From: a virus
Strand: one strand, 5' to 3'
DNA length: 64,000 nt
IMG/VR virus record: IMGVR_UViG_3300042934_000768
Location: 6,449-70,448 of that record
Shown here: positions 25,959 to 34,099 of the stretch, piece by piece
How the letters are laid out: every line of letters starts with the position of its first letter
Numbering within the stretch: the first letter of the stretch is position 1
The notes under the pieces: model-generated
Told to the model about the DNA's origin: nothing
What the model saw: the letters and a program-made list of their open reading frames with translations, nothing else
The model's database searches: none
Program-made: the position numbers and the translations under genes

Positions 25959-27692
25959 ATGAATGATCAAATGCAACTTACTGCCAAGGGTAGGGTCAAA
26001 CTGGAGCTTTACAACGAGAAAGACGAAGTGACCTTCACCAAGGAAAAGAAGAACCTTGTGGTTCTGACTGCAAATGAAATCGTTGGCGACGTGATGTCGG
26101 ATCCGGCAAAAATGGTCAGAGCCAACGCCGTGGACAAAGGCGACTCCTTGCAGACACCGGGAGCGGACGGCTTCTTCGTTTTCGACCTGAAAAAGGCTCG
26201 TGAAGCAAACGGCTCCTATGAGATCGACAAGGGCGGCACCAATACGGTGAAGGATCTGAAAATCCCGGACGCCGGAGTCATCACCGAGCTGTATAAGGTG
26301 ACGGCTAACGGCGCTGACCTGGTGATCAACCAAGACGTATTCATCAAAGACGCTGACAAGGCGGAGCTCGTTTTCAAAACGGCGCCGCTGAATCAGGTCA
26401 AAGTGGAGTTCCGTCATGTGAAAAATCCGTACTCCGAGATCGTGGCGGGGACGGAAGTCATCAAAGTGAACGGTGAGGCGTTTGCGCAAGGTATTACGCC
26501 ATCTGATGCCGACAAGACGTACACGATCGACTATAGAACCGGTATCGTCAAATTTGAAACCGGCAAGTTCAACGTCGAAGCGAAATACGTCTTCAAGATC
26601 AAATATGCGCTTGGTTTCATGGGGATCGGCGGAAAGCCAGCCGTTCATCCAGTCGGAAAGCCGGTGGAGTTTTCCAACGGCGACAAGCTGATGAAGTCCA
26701 TGGCCAACGAATATGCGGGCAGCCGTTCTGCGATCCAATACCCAGCTGCGGTAAGTAAAGGTGACCCGGAGATCCAGGTGCTTCCGACCAAGCCTGCAGC
26801 CTATGTGGAGAAGCAGCAGATCTTTACCGCCAACGGGACAGTGGACGTGTTCAACGTCAACAACAGCGGCAAAGTGGCCGGCATCGTCAGCATCAAGGTC
26901 AATGGCACCAACGTAACCGCTGGCGCTACGATCCAAAATGCGGTTGATGGCACGATCAAGCTGGCATCCAAACCGCCATCCGGCGCATCGGTCGATATCG
27001 TTTACCAGGAGCAGGTGAACACGGATTACTTGAACTACTACTTGGCTGAAGGTCCGGTGGTGGAGCTGGTTTCCGTAAAGCACCAGGCATTCGACAACAC
27101 GGTGACGGCCTACAAGATCGAGCCGGGCACAGGCGGACTGGAAGTCGGCAAGGGCGATGTATGGCTGGTGAACCCGACGCAAGGGATCGTGCAGTTTAAC
27201 GAGTATCCGACACAAGGCGTCCCCGTTCAAACACCGGGCCAGCTGACAATCGAGTACCGGATCAACTCGGGATCCGTGGTTCAATATATCGCCGATTTCC
27301 CGAAAGGCGTGCCGGGGCCGATGCTTCAGGAAGAGCCAAATGAGGTACTGGCGGTAAAAGCGGGAGTCGTCACTTACGCCCTTAATCATGCGATCGCTAA
27401 AGGCTCGGATGGCAACTTCATCGTAGAGGTAAAAATCAACGACACCGTGATGACCCGTGGATCGCAATACAGCATCTCCTCGGATGGGAAACAAATTACC
27501 TTTACTACAAGTCCTTCGGTATCGGATGCGATTGTAGTGAAATACAGCTGGCTAAATGAAACGCATGAGATCTACCAAGTGGCCATGTTTACGGAGCAGG
27601 AAGGCGGCAAGATGTTCAACATCAGCGGCGTCGGCCCAGTCACAAAGGACAAGAACACCGGGATGAGACTCACATGGTCTGTCACGTATTAA
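25959..27692 (+). CDS. Beta-rich virion structural protein (paralogue of the previous gene)
   Basis: KGRVKLEL...KNLVV N-terminus and KDKNTGMRLTWSV C-terminus; repeated Y.I....G.I.F modules. Confidence 0.7.
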   Translation: MNDQMQLTAKGRVKLELYNEKDEVTFTKEKKNLVVLTANEIVGDVMSDPAKMVRANAVDKGDSLQTPGADGFFVFDLKKAREANGSYEIDKGGTNTVKDLKIPDAGVITELYKVTANGADLVINQDVFIKDADKAELVFKTAPLNQVKVEFRHVKNPYSEIVAGTEVIKVNGEAFAQGITPSDADKTYTIDYRTGIVKFETGKFNVEAKYVFKIKYALGFMGIGGKPAVHPVGKPVEFSNGDKLMKSMANEYAGSRSAIQYPAAVSKGDPEIQVLPTKPAAYVEKQQIFTANGTVDVFNVNNSGKVAGIVSIKVNGTNVTAGATIQNAVDGTIKLASKPPSGASVDIVYQEQVNTDYLNYYLAEGPVVELVSVKHQAFDNTVTAYKIEPGTGGLEVGKGDVWLVNPTQGIVQFNEYPTQGVPVQTPGQLTIEYRINSGSVVQYIADFPKGVPGPMLQEEPNEVLAVKAGVVTYALNHAIAKGSDGNFIVEVKINDTVMTRGSQYSISSDGKQITFTTSPSVSDAIVVKYSWLNETHEIYQVAMFTEQEGGKMFNISGVGPVTKDKNTGMRLTWSVTY

Positions 27693-27707
27693 TGGGGCGG
27701 TGATTAT

Positions 27708-28220
27708 ATGGCAACACCAAACTACATGAAACGGATCGCCTTTCTGGATGGTCAGGTCCTGCATGACTTTCACCTGAATACCATGCAGGCCAATATCTCT
27801 GAGGCGATCAAGCTCAAAACGACACGAGAGCGCTACGACATGTTGCTATTGGTATCGCCGTATAAATACTATTTTTCCGAAGCCTTTACGGATGATAGTT
27901 TACGTGACCCGTCGAGTACAGCTGAGCGAAACCCGCTCAGCTTCACGGTGAATGCCGACTCGTGGGTCACGCCCCTCTTGCAGTTGCCGGAGAACACCGA
28001 TGAGCTATACATCCTCGCCAACATGGAGGAGGATCCGGAATACGGTTCCTTTGTGAAGTTCTTCTACCGGCACTCGACATCCAGTGCGTGGACAGAAGCG
28101 GGCACGGATAGAGCAATTTATCTCAGCGGCGCAAAGAAAGCTGTGCAGATCAAGGCGGAATGCCGGTACACCGGAACGACTCGCCCAACGCTGTACGATT
28201 TCTGTCTAATGTGGAAGTAA
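27708..28220 (+). CDS. Putative virion structural protein
   Basis: F.DGQVL...HLN.MQ N-terminus, typical of fibre or collar attachment domains. Confidence 0.6.
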   Translation: MATPNYMKRIAFLDGQVLHDFHLNTMQANISEAIKLKTTRERYDMLLLVSPYKYYFSEAFTDDSLRDPSSTAERNPLSFTVNADSWVTPLLQLPENTDELYILANMEEDPEYGSFVKFFYRHSTSSAWTEAGTDRAIYLSGAKKAVQIKAECRYTGTTRPTLYDFCLMWK

Positions 28221-28233
28221 GGAGGGGATTGGC

Positions 28234-28539
28234 GTGGCACATGTCCAACCGCATCCCAGATTTCCCCTGATCCGGATGAAAGTCGGTGTAATGGCCGACT
28301 TCTCCGGTTCTAATCAGGTTTTTCAAGAGGAACCGGTCGGGGTGAAAGATGGAGTCAACAGGCTGTTCAATTTGAAAAACGAGCCGATGAAGGACACGGA
28401 ATTGGTGTTCAAGAACGGCATGATGATGCGCAAAGGCACGGATAACGATTATGTGCTGAACGGGAAGGATATTCTGTTCGCCGAAGCACCCGGGCCTTTC
28501 ACGGTTATCGTCGTGAATTACAAATTCTTTGGAGGGTGA
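28234..28539 (+). CDS. Small beta-sandwich structural protein
   Basis: DGVNRLF...VFKNG...DY...I.F..AP module. Confidence 0.6.
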   Translation: MAHVQPHPRFPLIRMKVGVMADFSGSNQVFQEEPVGVKDGVNRLFNLKNEPMKDTELVFKNGMMMRKGTDNDYVLNGKDILFAEAPGPFTVIVVNYKFFGG

Positions 28540-29417
28540 TGGCCGTGTATAGAGAGATGGTTCTGCGTACCGACCCCCACCACACGGCACAAAAAGTTCC
28601 GCTCGACAAGCCGATGCAAGTGGTCTTCATGGTGGACATCAATGTGCAGACGCTCGATGAGGGTAGTGTCATGTTGTTCAACATGGGCGAGCAGAAGACG
28701 GAGCCGGTCCAAATCGAGTACCGGAAGCGAACGATGCAAATCACGCCGGTCCATCCGCTTCAGCCGCTGACGAACTATCAGCTCAAGGTGGTTGGTGGGG
28801 AAGACGGGATCAAGGATATAACAGGGCAGATGATGCCGGACACGTTCGTGATCGATTTCCATAGCGATGACGTGAAGGAGATCAAGCCGCCGGTGCTGCT
28901 GGCACCAACCGATCAATCGGAGCTTGTGACGGATCCTCAGTTCAGCTGGAGCCCCGCAGAGCATGCGTACTACTACCAGTTGGAGATCTCCAAGAGCAAT
29001 ACCTTCGATGTATTGGTTTGGCCAAAAGAGCCGAATCGTATCTTTGAGACGAACGTGATTCCGGAATATAAGCTGGAGAACGGCACTTATTACGCCAGAA
29101 TCCGATCGGTCAAGGATGACGGAATCCGCAGTGCTTACACCAAGCCGATCCAATTCCTGTACAGCGGAGCTGCGGCGAATCTGGCCGTGGCCGACCAGGA
29201 GCCCGAACAGGACCAGCTGAACAGTCTTCAGGATCACTTTGCCTACCAGTTGCAAAATATGGCGGGTGCTTTAAGTGTGATTCAGGTAAGCCCCGCATCT
29301 AACACCGTGAACCTGCCGATTGCCCAAATTAAGGAAATCGTCATTGAGTTCAGTGAAGATGTGGATCCGGCGAGCCTCAAGCCTGAATGGTTCTATGTTG
29401 TGGCTGAGCGGAATTAG
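28536..29417 (+). CDS. Ig-like (Big_5/SbsA-type) + Fn3 protein ending in half of a second Ig-like domain
   Basis: Complete P.....V...I.V.F...I...TL...L.P.TNY.L.V...IKD..G......F domain, Fn3-like FSW...YQLEI...YYARIRS, and a truncated second repeat. Confidence 0.75.
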   Translation: MMAVYREMVLRTDPHHTAQKVPLDKPMQVVFMVDINVQTLDEGSVMLFNMGEQKTEPVQIEYRKRTMQITPVHPLQPLTNYQLKVVGGEDGIKDITGQMMPDTFVIDFHSDDVKEIKPPVLLAPTDQSELVTDPQFSWSPAEHAYYYQLEISKSNTFDVLVWPKEPNRIFETNVIPEYKLENGTYYARIRSVKDDGIRSAYTKPIQFLYSGAAANLAVADQEPEQDQLNSLQDHFAYQLQNMAGALSVIQVSPASNTVNLPIAQIKEIVIEFSEDVDPASLKPEWFYVVAERN

Positions 29418-29469
29418 AGATATCAGGGATTTAACAGAAACCCAAATAAGCCAAAGAGGGGATGCAAAA

Positions 29470-29970
29470 ATGAACACCTTTCTAATTTTTCTTCAAGTTT
29501 TTGCTGCAACAACGATGTTAATTTCAGGTGTGGCCAAGTTAATATCATTGTTGTCCTTTCAAGAAACGCTGAAGCAGCTCGGATTTCACGAAAAGTGGGT
29601 TAAGAGTGTATCGTTTGCGGTTCCGGCAGCTGAAATTGTGATCTCAATATTAATGTTCACTCCAAGTGCCGTTCTAATTGGTGCATCTTTCATTTTGATA
29701 ATGCTCGTAGGATTTGGCTGGTCGGTCTGGAAGGCGAAGGGGAAAAATGTGAAATGTAATTGTTTCGGTGCGCTCTCTTCCGAGTATTTAGGGCTGGGCA
29801 CAATTGCGAGAATTATTGCTCTTGCGATCATCGCATTAGCCCTTCTATTCATTGACCAGATACCGACTGGAAGTTTTATTGAGATATTCCTTGCCATAAG
29901 CACTTCGATCACCATTTTGGCAATCTATTTGCTCATCATTGAAAGCAAGATATTTCATGGAAAGGAATGA
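29470..29970 (+). CDS. MauE/DoxX-family redox-associated membrane protein
   Basis: SGVAKL, P.AEI and CNCFG motifs; about 5 TM helices; ATG at 29470 after AGAGGGGG. Confidence 0.85.
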   Translation: MNTFLIFLQVFAATTMLISGVAKLISLLSFQETLKQLGFHEKWVKSVSFAVPAAEIVISILMFTPSAVLIGASFILIMLVGFGWSVWKAKGKNVKCNCFGALSSEYLGLGTIARIIALAIIALALLFIDQIPTGSFIEIFLAISTSITILAIYLLIIESKIFHGKE

Positions 29971-29976
29971 CACCCA

Positions 29977-30522
29977 ATGGCACTATATTTTGGTCTTGCA
30001 TTATGGCTGCTGGTCTTATTGAACACCGTTATCCTTATGAAACATATAAAGTTTGTTTCTAAAGTTAATGAGATGATCAGTAAGGCGCCAGAACGTCGAA
30101 CGGTTCTTCATGGCACGGAGAAAGGTATTCCTGTCGAAGGTCAGATTCCAGTAACCCAAGTTAATGGAGTGGAGCTGTTCAAGCAAAGTAAGTCAAGAAC
30201 ATTGCTTTTGTTTACTGCCATAGGATGTAAGTCATGTAATGGCTTGTACCCGATCCTCAAAACACTGACACAAAAATATCCGGATACCCACATCGTTGTC
30301 TTCATGAGGGGAAATCAAAAAGATATTGACGAAAAAATTCAAGAACATTTAATCAACGTGCCGGTTGTGCAACTTGAAGACGAGTTCATAGAGCAAGCGA
30401 AAATTCAAAGTTTCCCTTTCGCTTATATCCTTGGGTCAGACAATAAAGTTTTAGGTAAAGCAGTTATTACTCTGCCAGAGCATCTTGACGAACTATATTC
30501 AAGAACCATTGAAAGGAGGTGA
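29977..30522 (+). CDS. Membrane-anchored thioredoxin-like protein (MauD/TlpA-like)
   Basis: N-terminal TM helix, LLLF...CKSC, cis-Pro motif FPFAY. Confidence 0.85.
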   Translation: MALYFGLALWLLVLLNTVILMKHIKFVSKVNEMISKAPERRTVLHGTEKGIPVEGQIPVTQVNGVELFKQSKSRTLLLFTAIGCKSCNGLYPILKTLTQKYPDTHIVVFMRGNQKDIDEKIQEHLINVPVVQLEDEFIEQAKIQSFPFAYILGSDNKVLGKAVITLPEHLDELYSRTIERR

Positions 30523-30527
30523 AAACG

Positions 30528-30890
30528 ATGCCTAACGAAAACGAGAAAAAACAGGTACAAGACCAAAATACTAAGGACAAGGGTGATACAACCATGGAAA
30601 ACAGGAAAATGTTTATCGTAAAGGAAAAAGTCGGCACTACTATCCAGATTGATCAGGATAATCCTCCTAAAAACTTGCCGAAACCGGAAGGCGATGTTCA
30701 AGCTCAGTGCTGGTGGTGCTGCATTTTCGACAACCCCACTTCTTGCTCATATTCCGGCTCTTCCTGCTCTGGCAACATTTGTGCTATCTATGAAGGCAAT
30801 CAATACGTGTATGAGATGGAAGATTATTTCCACTGTCAGGACTGTAACGGCAGCTGGACGGAAACTGTTTCTGGCGGATGCGGCTGCTAA
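30528..30890 (+). CDS. Cys-rich precursor peptide (charged leader + 60-aa core with 10 Cys)
   Basis: AAAGGAGG RBS; leader ends GDVQAQ; core runs CWWCC...GGCGC. Confidence 0.75.
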   Translation: MPNENEKKQVQDQNTKDKGDTTMENRKMFIVKEKVGTTIQIDQDNPPKNLPKPEGDVQAQCWWCCIFDNPTSCSYSGSSCSGNICAIYEGNQYVYEMEDYFHCQDCNGSWTETVSGGCGC

Positions 30891-30905
30891 AATAAAACGC
30901 CCTTT

Positions 30906-30937
30906 AATTCACCCCTTTGGTTCCAGAGGGGTGAATT
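30906..30937 (+). terminator. Hairpin, probable terminator of the cassette
   Basis: AATTCACCCCTTTGG/CCAGAGGGGTGAATT inverted repeat. Confidence 0.65.
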
Positions 30938-31139
30938 ATCTTATCGTTCAGATGGTGTTATCCATAAAGCTGACCCTGCGGGTATTCAGAAGAATACAGC
31001 TAAAAACCTACAATTTCTTATGAATTATTAACCTATAATGAGCAAAATAGCCGAAATAATGCTGTTTTTCCACCAGAGGTAGGGATTGAGTTTTCCAAGA
31101 TGATGGTGTTATTGCAACGAATCATGCTACACTTGATTG

Positions 31140-31153
31140 TGAAATGCATTACG
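31140..31153. promoter_or_regulatory. Operator variant TGAAATGCATTACG
   Basis: 12/14 match to the palindrome; intergenic. Confidence 0.5.
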
Positions 31154-31220
31154 CTAATCGAATGTAATTAAAGATAAAAAAACCAACTGTTAGATTGATC
31201 GAAAGGATGGTGTAGCTATC

Positions 31221-31970
31221 ATGATTCCGTTGGACGAAACGTATATTCCGCCAAAAGAGATGCGAATGAAGACGGGAATCGCCACGCCTTCGATTGATCC
31301 AAGCAACCCAAGAAAAGTGATCTTGAAAATCACGGAGTCGCTAAAACTCAATCACAATTACGTGATTGTTTTAGATAAAGACATTAAATCCACATCGGGT
31401 GCGTCGTTGGGGCAGACGCAGATGGCCACATTCTCGACGGAGTATGCTCCTTTGTATGCCACACCTCTTGAGGTATTCGGCGTTATTAAGAAACTCTTTA
31501 GCCAATTCGAGCTATCTGATGTGTATCAGGCGTTGCGAAATGCTGGCCAGAAAGCACATCAGCTGCTCGGACAGATCCCAGATCCGAATGTAGTTCAGTT
31601 CAGGATGCTCACGGAGCGGGATGCTGCCTATTTCCCGGCAACCAAATTTGTGGTATATGAGGCAGCACGGGTGCTCCTGACCTCCTTGATTATGCGGATT
31701 GCCAACGATCAAGGGGTTGATACGAACGGTATTTCCGGGTCGGTAACGCTCGGCGATTTAACCGTGTCGGAGGGCACCAGCTCGGGTGGAGGTTCGGCAA
31801 AACCGGCGGATCCCACGACAATCGTGAAGAATGCCTTAACACAGCTGAACGACGAGCATAAATTTTGGCAGGATGCGATGCTTGGCCGTAATCGCAGAGG
31901 GTACACGACTCCAGTCTCGACAGGGTTTCGAACTAGCGCCGGCAGCCCGACCACCAGAGGCTTCGAGTAA
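31221..31970 (+). CDS. Head-tail adaptor-like protein starting with the C-terminal half of an Ig-like domain
   Basis: KVIL...L..NHNY.I.L...IKS..G..L......FST, then YAT..EV and S..LGDLTVS as in neck proteins. Confidence 0.65.
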   Translation: MIPLDETYIPPKEMRMKTGIATPSIDPSNPRKVILKITESLKLNHNYVIVLDKDIKSTSGASLGQTQMATFSTEYAPLYATPLEVFGVIKKLFSQFELSDVYQALRNAGQKAHQLLGQIPDPNVVQFRMLTERDAAYFPATKFVVYEAARVLLTSLIMRIANDQGVDTNGISGSVTLGDLTVSEGTSSGGGSAKPADPTTIVKNALTQLNDEHKFWQDAMLGRNRRGYTTPVSTGFRTSAGSPTTRGFE

Positions 31971-32452
31971 TGCGTGACCTGCGAAAAGACATGACGGAGA
32001 TCCTGAACAAATACGGCCATCAGATCGTGTATATCCGTCAAGACAAACGATTCCGCTGCGACTGCTATTCTGAGCGAAGCGGGGAAGCCAGAGCAGACTG
32101 CCCGAAATGCTTTGGTACCACCTATAAAGTGAAGATCGAAAAGCATCTCACAAGGCGTAAAGTCAGTACCGTCCCGGAGACGCTGCCAGGTGTTCGCAAG
32201 ACATCCGGGGGCGGGATGGTCGTGCCGACCACATACCAGTATTATCTCCTCTATGACGTAGAGCCGCAGCGAGGCGACCTGATCCTTGAAGTGGAGTGGC
32301 AAGATGACATTCCAAGAGCGATCAAGGAGAAGCTGGCGATCAGCTTGCCGGATCCCAAACAAGGGGCGACCGGGCGCATCGAGTTTTGGCAAGTCTACGT
32401 TAGAACGGACTGGAAAGGGGCGGAAGACAATGCAGCCCTCACCCAATCTTAG
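31970..32452 (+). CDS. Neck / head-closure protein with zinc-binding motif
   Basis: CDC...CPKC.G; position in the neck cluster. Confidence 0.65.
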   Translation: MRDLRKDMTEILNKYGHQIVYIRQDKRFRCDCYSERSGEARADCPKCFGTTYKVKIEKHLTRRKVSTVPETLPGVRKTSGGGMVVPTTYQYYLLYDVEPQRGDLILEVEWQDDIPRAIKEKLAISLPDPKQGATGRIEFWQVYVRTDWKGAEDNAALTQS

Positions 32453-33470
32453 TTACGAGCAGCTTCCTCATTTGTTCATGAAGGAGTATCTGCCGATCGG
32501 CAAACGGCTTGTGATAGCCGGAACCGCTGAAAAGGGTGCCCTGTACCAGCCGGTCCAGGTGAGCAGCGAAGAGCAAGCCAAGTATTTATTCGGATCTGGC
32601 ACCTTGTTGGACCGATATACTGATGCGAAAGCAGGGGCTACCCCAAATGTGTATCTTATGAGAATTGAACGTAATGCCTTTCAAGATGTATACCGGGCAT
32701 TAGCGCCATTCTCATTTGATCTCATATACATCCAAGATTTAACTTTCAACAAATTTGATGAGATGCTGCGCTTTGTGGATTTCGCCAAAGAGAAGGAGCA
32801 GCAAGGTCAGTTGATCCATGGATTTTTTGAAGTCGATGGGCCAAATGGCATGGAAGCATACCGTGCGCTATTTCCGTATATCGCTCAGCTTAGCATTCCG
32901 ACGGAAGACGGCATTGAAGAAACAGGCAAGTACATCTCTCCTGTAGCGGATCAGTTCAAGGATCGCAAAGCAGCAGCGGTGTATGCCGGTTTGGTGACGG
33001 CCCTCGACATCGGGTTAAGTCCGATCAACAAGACGATCGACACCATTGAGCTCAAGCGGGAATACGAAAACGATCAAATCGTGGAACTGCGCAAGGCGGG
33101 CATGGTTTGCTTCAGGAAGAGCTTCAAGAAGGGCGTCGTGTGCGCATCCGCTACTTGTGCGGTGGCTACGGAAGGCAGTGTGCATAAGCATATCTCCAAT
33201 TTCCGGATTGCCCAAGACACGATCCAAGAGGTGGCCGAAGAGCAAAGGGCGTACATCGGACGTGTCGGCGTTTCCTATGTCATTTCCGAGCTGGAGGAGA
33301 TTATCGAGGTGGCTTTGCTTTACAGGGTCAAGCTCGGTCAGCTCCGCCGCTACGACTTTGAAGTGACGGCAGATCCGTTAACGGGCGTCATCAACACGCA
33401 GCTGGAACTGATTCCGATCTTCTCCGTGCAGAAGATGAACGCCACATCGCTAGTGAGGGTGAGAGCATGA
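32430..33470 (+). CDS. Short tail-sheath paralogue
   Basis: IAGTAEKG...PV...A..LFG...LMRI N-terminus and sheath-like C-terminus (AAVYAGL, ELIP.F) align by eye with 34100-36868. Confidence 0.7.
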   Translation: MQPSPNLSYEQLPHLFMKEYLPIGKRLVIAGTAEKGALYQPVQVSSEEQAKYLFGSGTLLDRYTDAKAGATPNVYLMRIERNAFQDVYRALAPFSFDLIYIQDLTFNKFDEMLRFVDFAKEKEQQGQLIHGFFEVDGPNGMEAYRALFPYIAQLSIPTEDGIEETGKYISPVADQFKDRKAAAVYAGLVTALDIGLSPINKTIDTIELKREYENDQIVELRKAGMVCFRKSFKKGVVCASATCAVATEGSVHKHISNFRIAQDTIQEVAEEQRAYIGRVGVSYVISELEEIIEVALLYRVKLGQLRRYDFEVTADPLTGVINTQLELIPIFSVQKMNATSLVRVRA

Positions 33471-34099
33471 CGAAATACGTCGAGGACAATTCAACGATTT
33501 TGTTAGACCCCTATGTGGACAATCGTCTGCGATCCGATAAGCCATCAAACTTTCTTGGGTTTATCGACGAGTTGCGCCGGCTGTGGAAGCTTGCGGGGAA
33601 GCCGGGAACCTTTATCCGGCACGAGCCGCTAAAAGAGGATCTTCAGCTCCCGGCCATCACATTCCGCAAGATTCACCGAAAGGTCAATCCGGAGTTCAAG
33701 GACATCAAGCCAAGACACCGAGCCACCATTCGGCATCCCTATCGGCAAGATGAGTGGGTGGAGCTCAAGGGTCAGATCTTCGATGTGATCGTCGAGTTCC
33801 ATGTGCTATCGGAAACGGCGGAAGAGGCCGACGAGCTGATCGAAGAGTTGGAAGAGTTCATCATGATCTACAAAGGATTCTTCAAGCTTCATGGCGTTCA
33901 GGAAATGCTCTTTCACCAGCAGTTAGAAGACTCGGTGATCACGGAGTTCAGGTTCCCAATTGCCTGTCGTCCGATCCAATATACAATGCGGTTCGAGAAA
34001 ATTCTTCCGGTGTTCTTGAACCAAATTGAGCAAATGCTTGTCCAAGCGAAAGTCCAAGCCCAAGTTGTCCAGCCAAATGAAATTAATCAAGGAGGATGA
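33467..34099 (+). CDS. Tail completion / terminator protein
   Basis: LPAITF motif; immediately upstream of the sheath gene. Confidence 0.6.
   Translation: MTKYVEDNSTILLDPYVDNRLRSDKPSNFLGFIDELRRLWKLAGKPGTFIRHEPLKEDLQLPAITFRKIHRKVNPEFKDIKPRHRATIRHPYRQDEWVELKGQIFDVIVEFHVLSETAEEADELIEELEEFIMIYKGFFKLHGVQEMLFHQQLEDSVITEFRFPIACRPIQYTMRFEKILPVFLNQIEQMLVQAKVQAQVVQPNEINQGG

Noticed and set aside
25779-27494. 571-aa minus-strand ORF (likewise 47381-48826, 36446-37765, 35123-36235 and others)
   Set aside because: Same antisense-frame artefact opposite well-supported + strand genes.
29470-30890. True methylamine dehydrogenase (mau) operon
   Set aside because: No MauB or MauG, no Tat signal, and the peptide does not resemble MauA in length or visible motifs.
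29418-31220. Self-splicing intron or IS explaining the split Ig domain
   Set aside because: No transposase, reverse transcriptase, homing endonuclease, terminal inverted repeats or recognisable group I/II core; the upstream gene has a clean stop and the downstream gene its own RBS.
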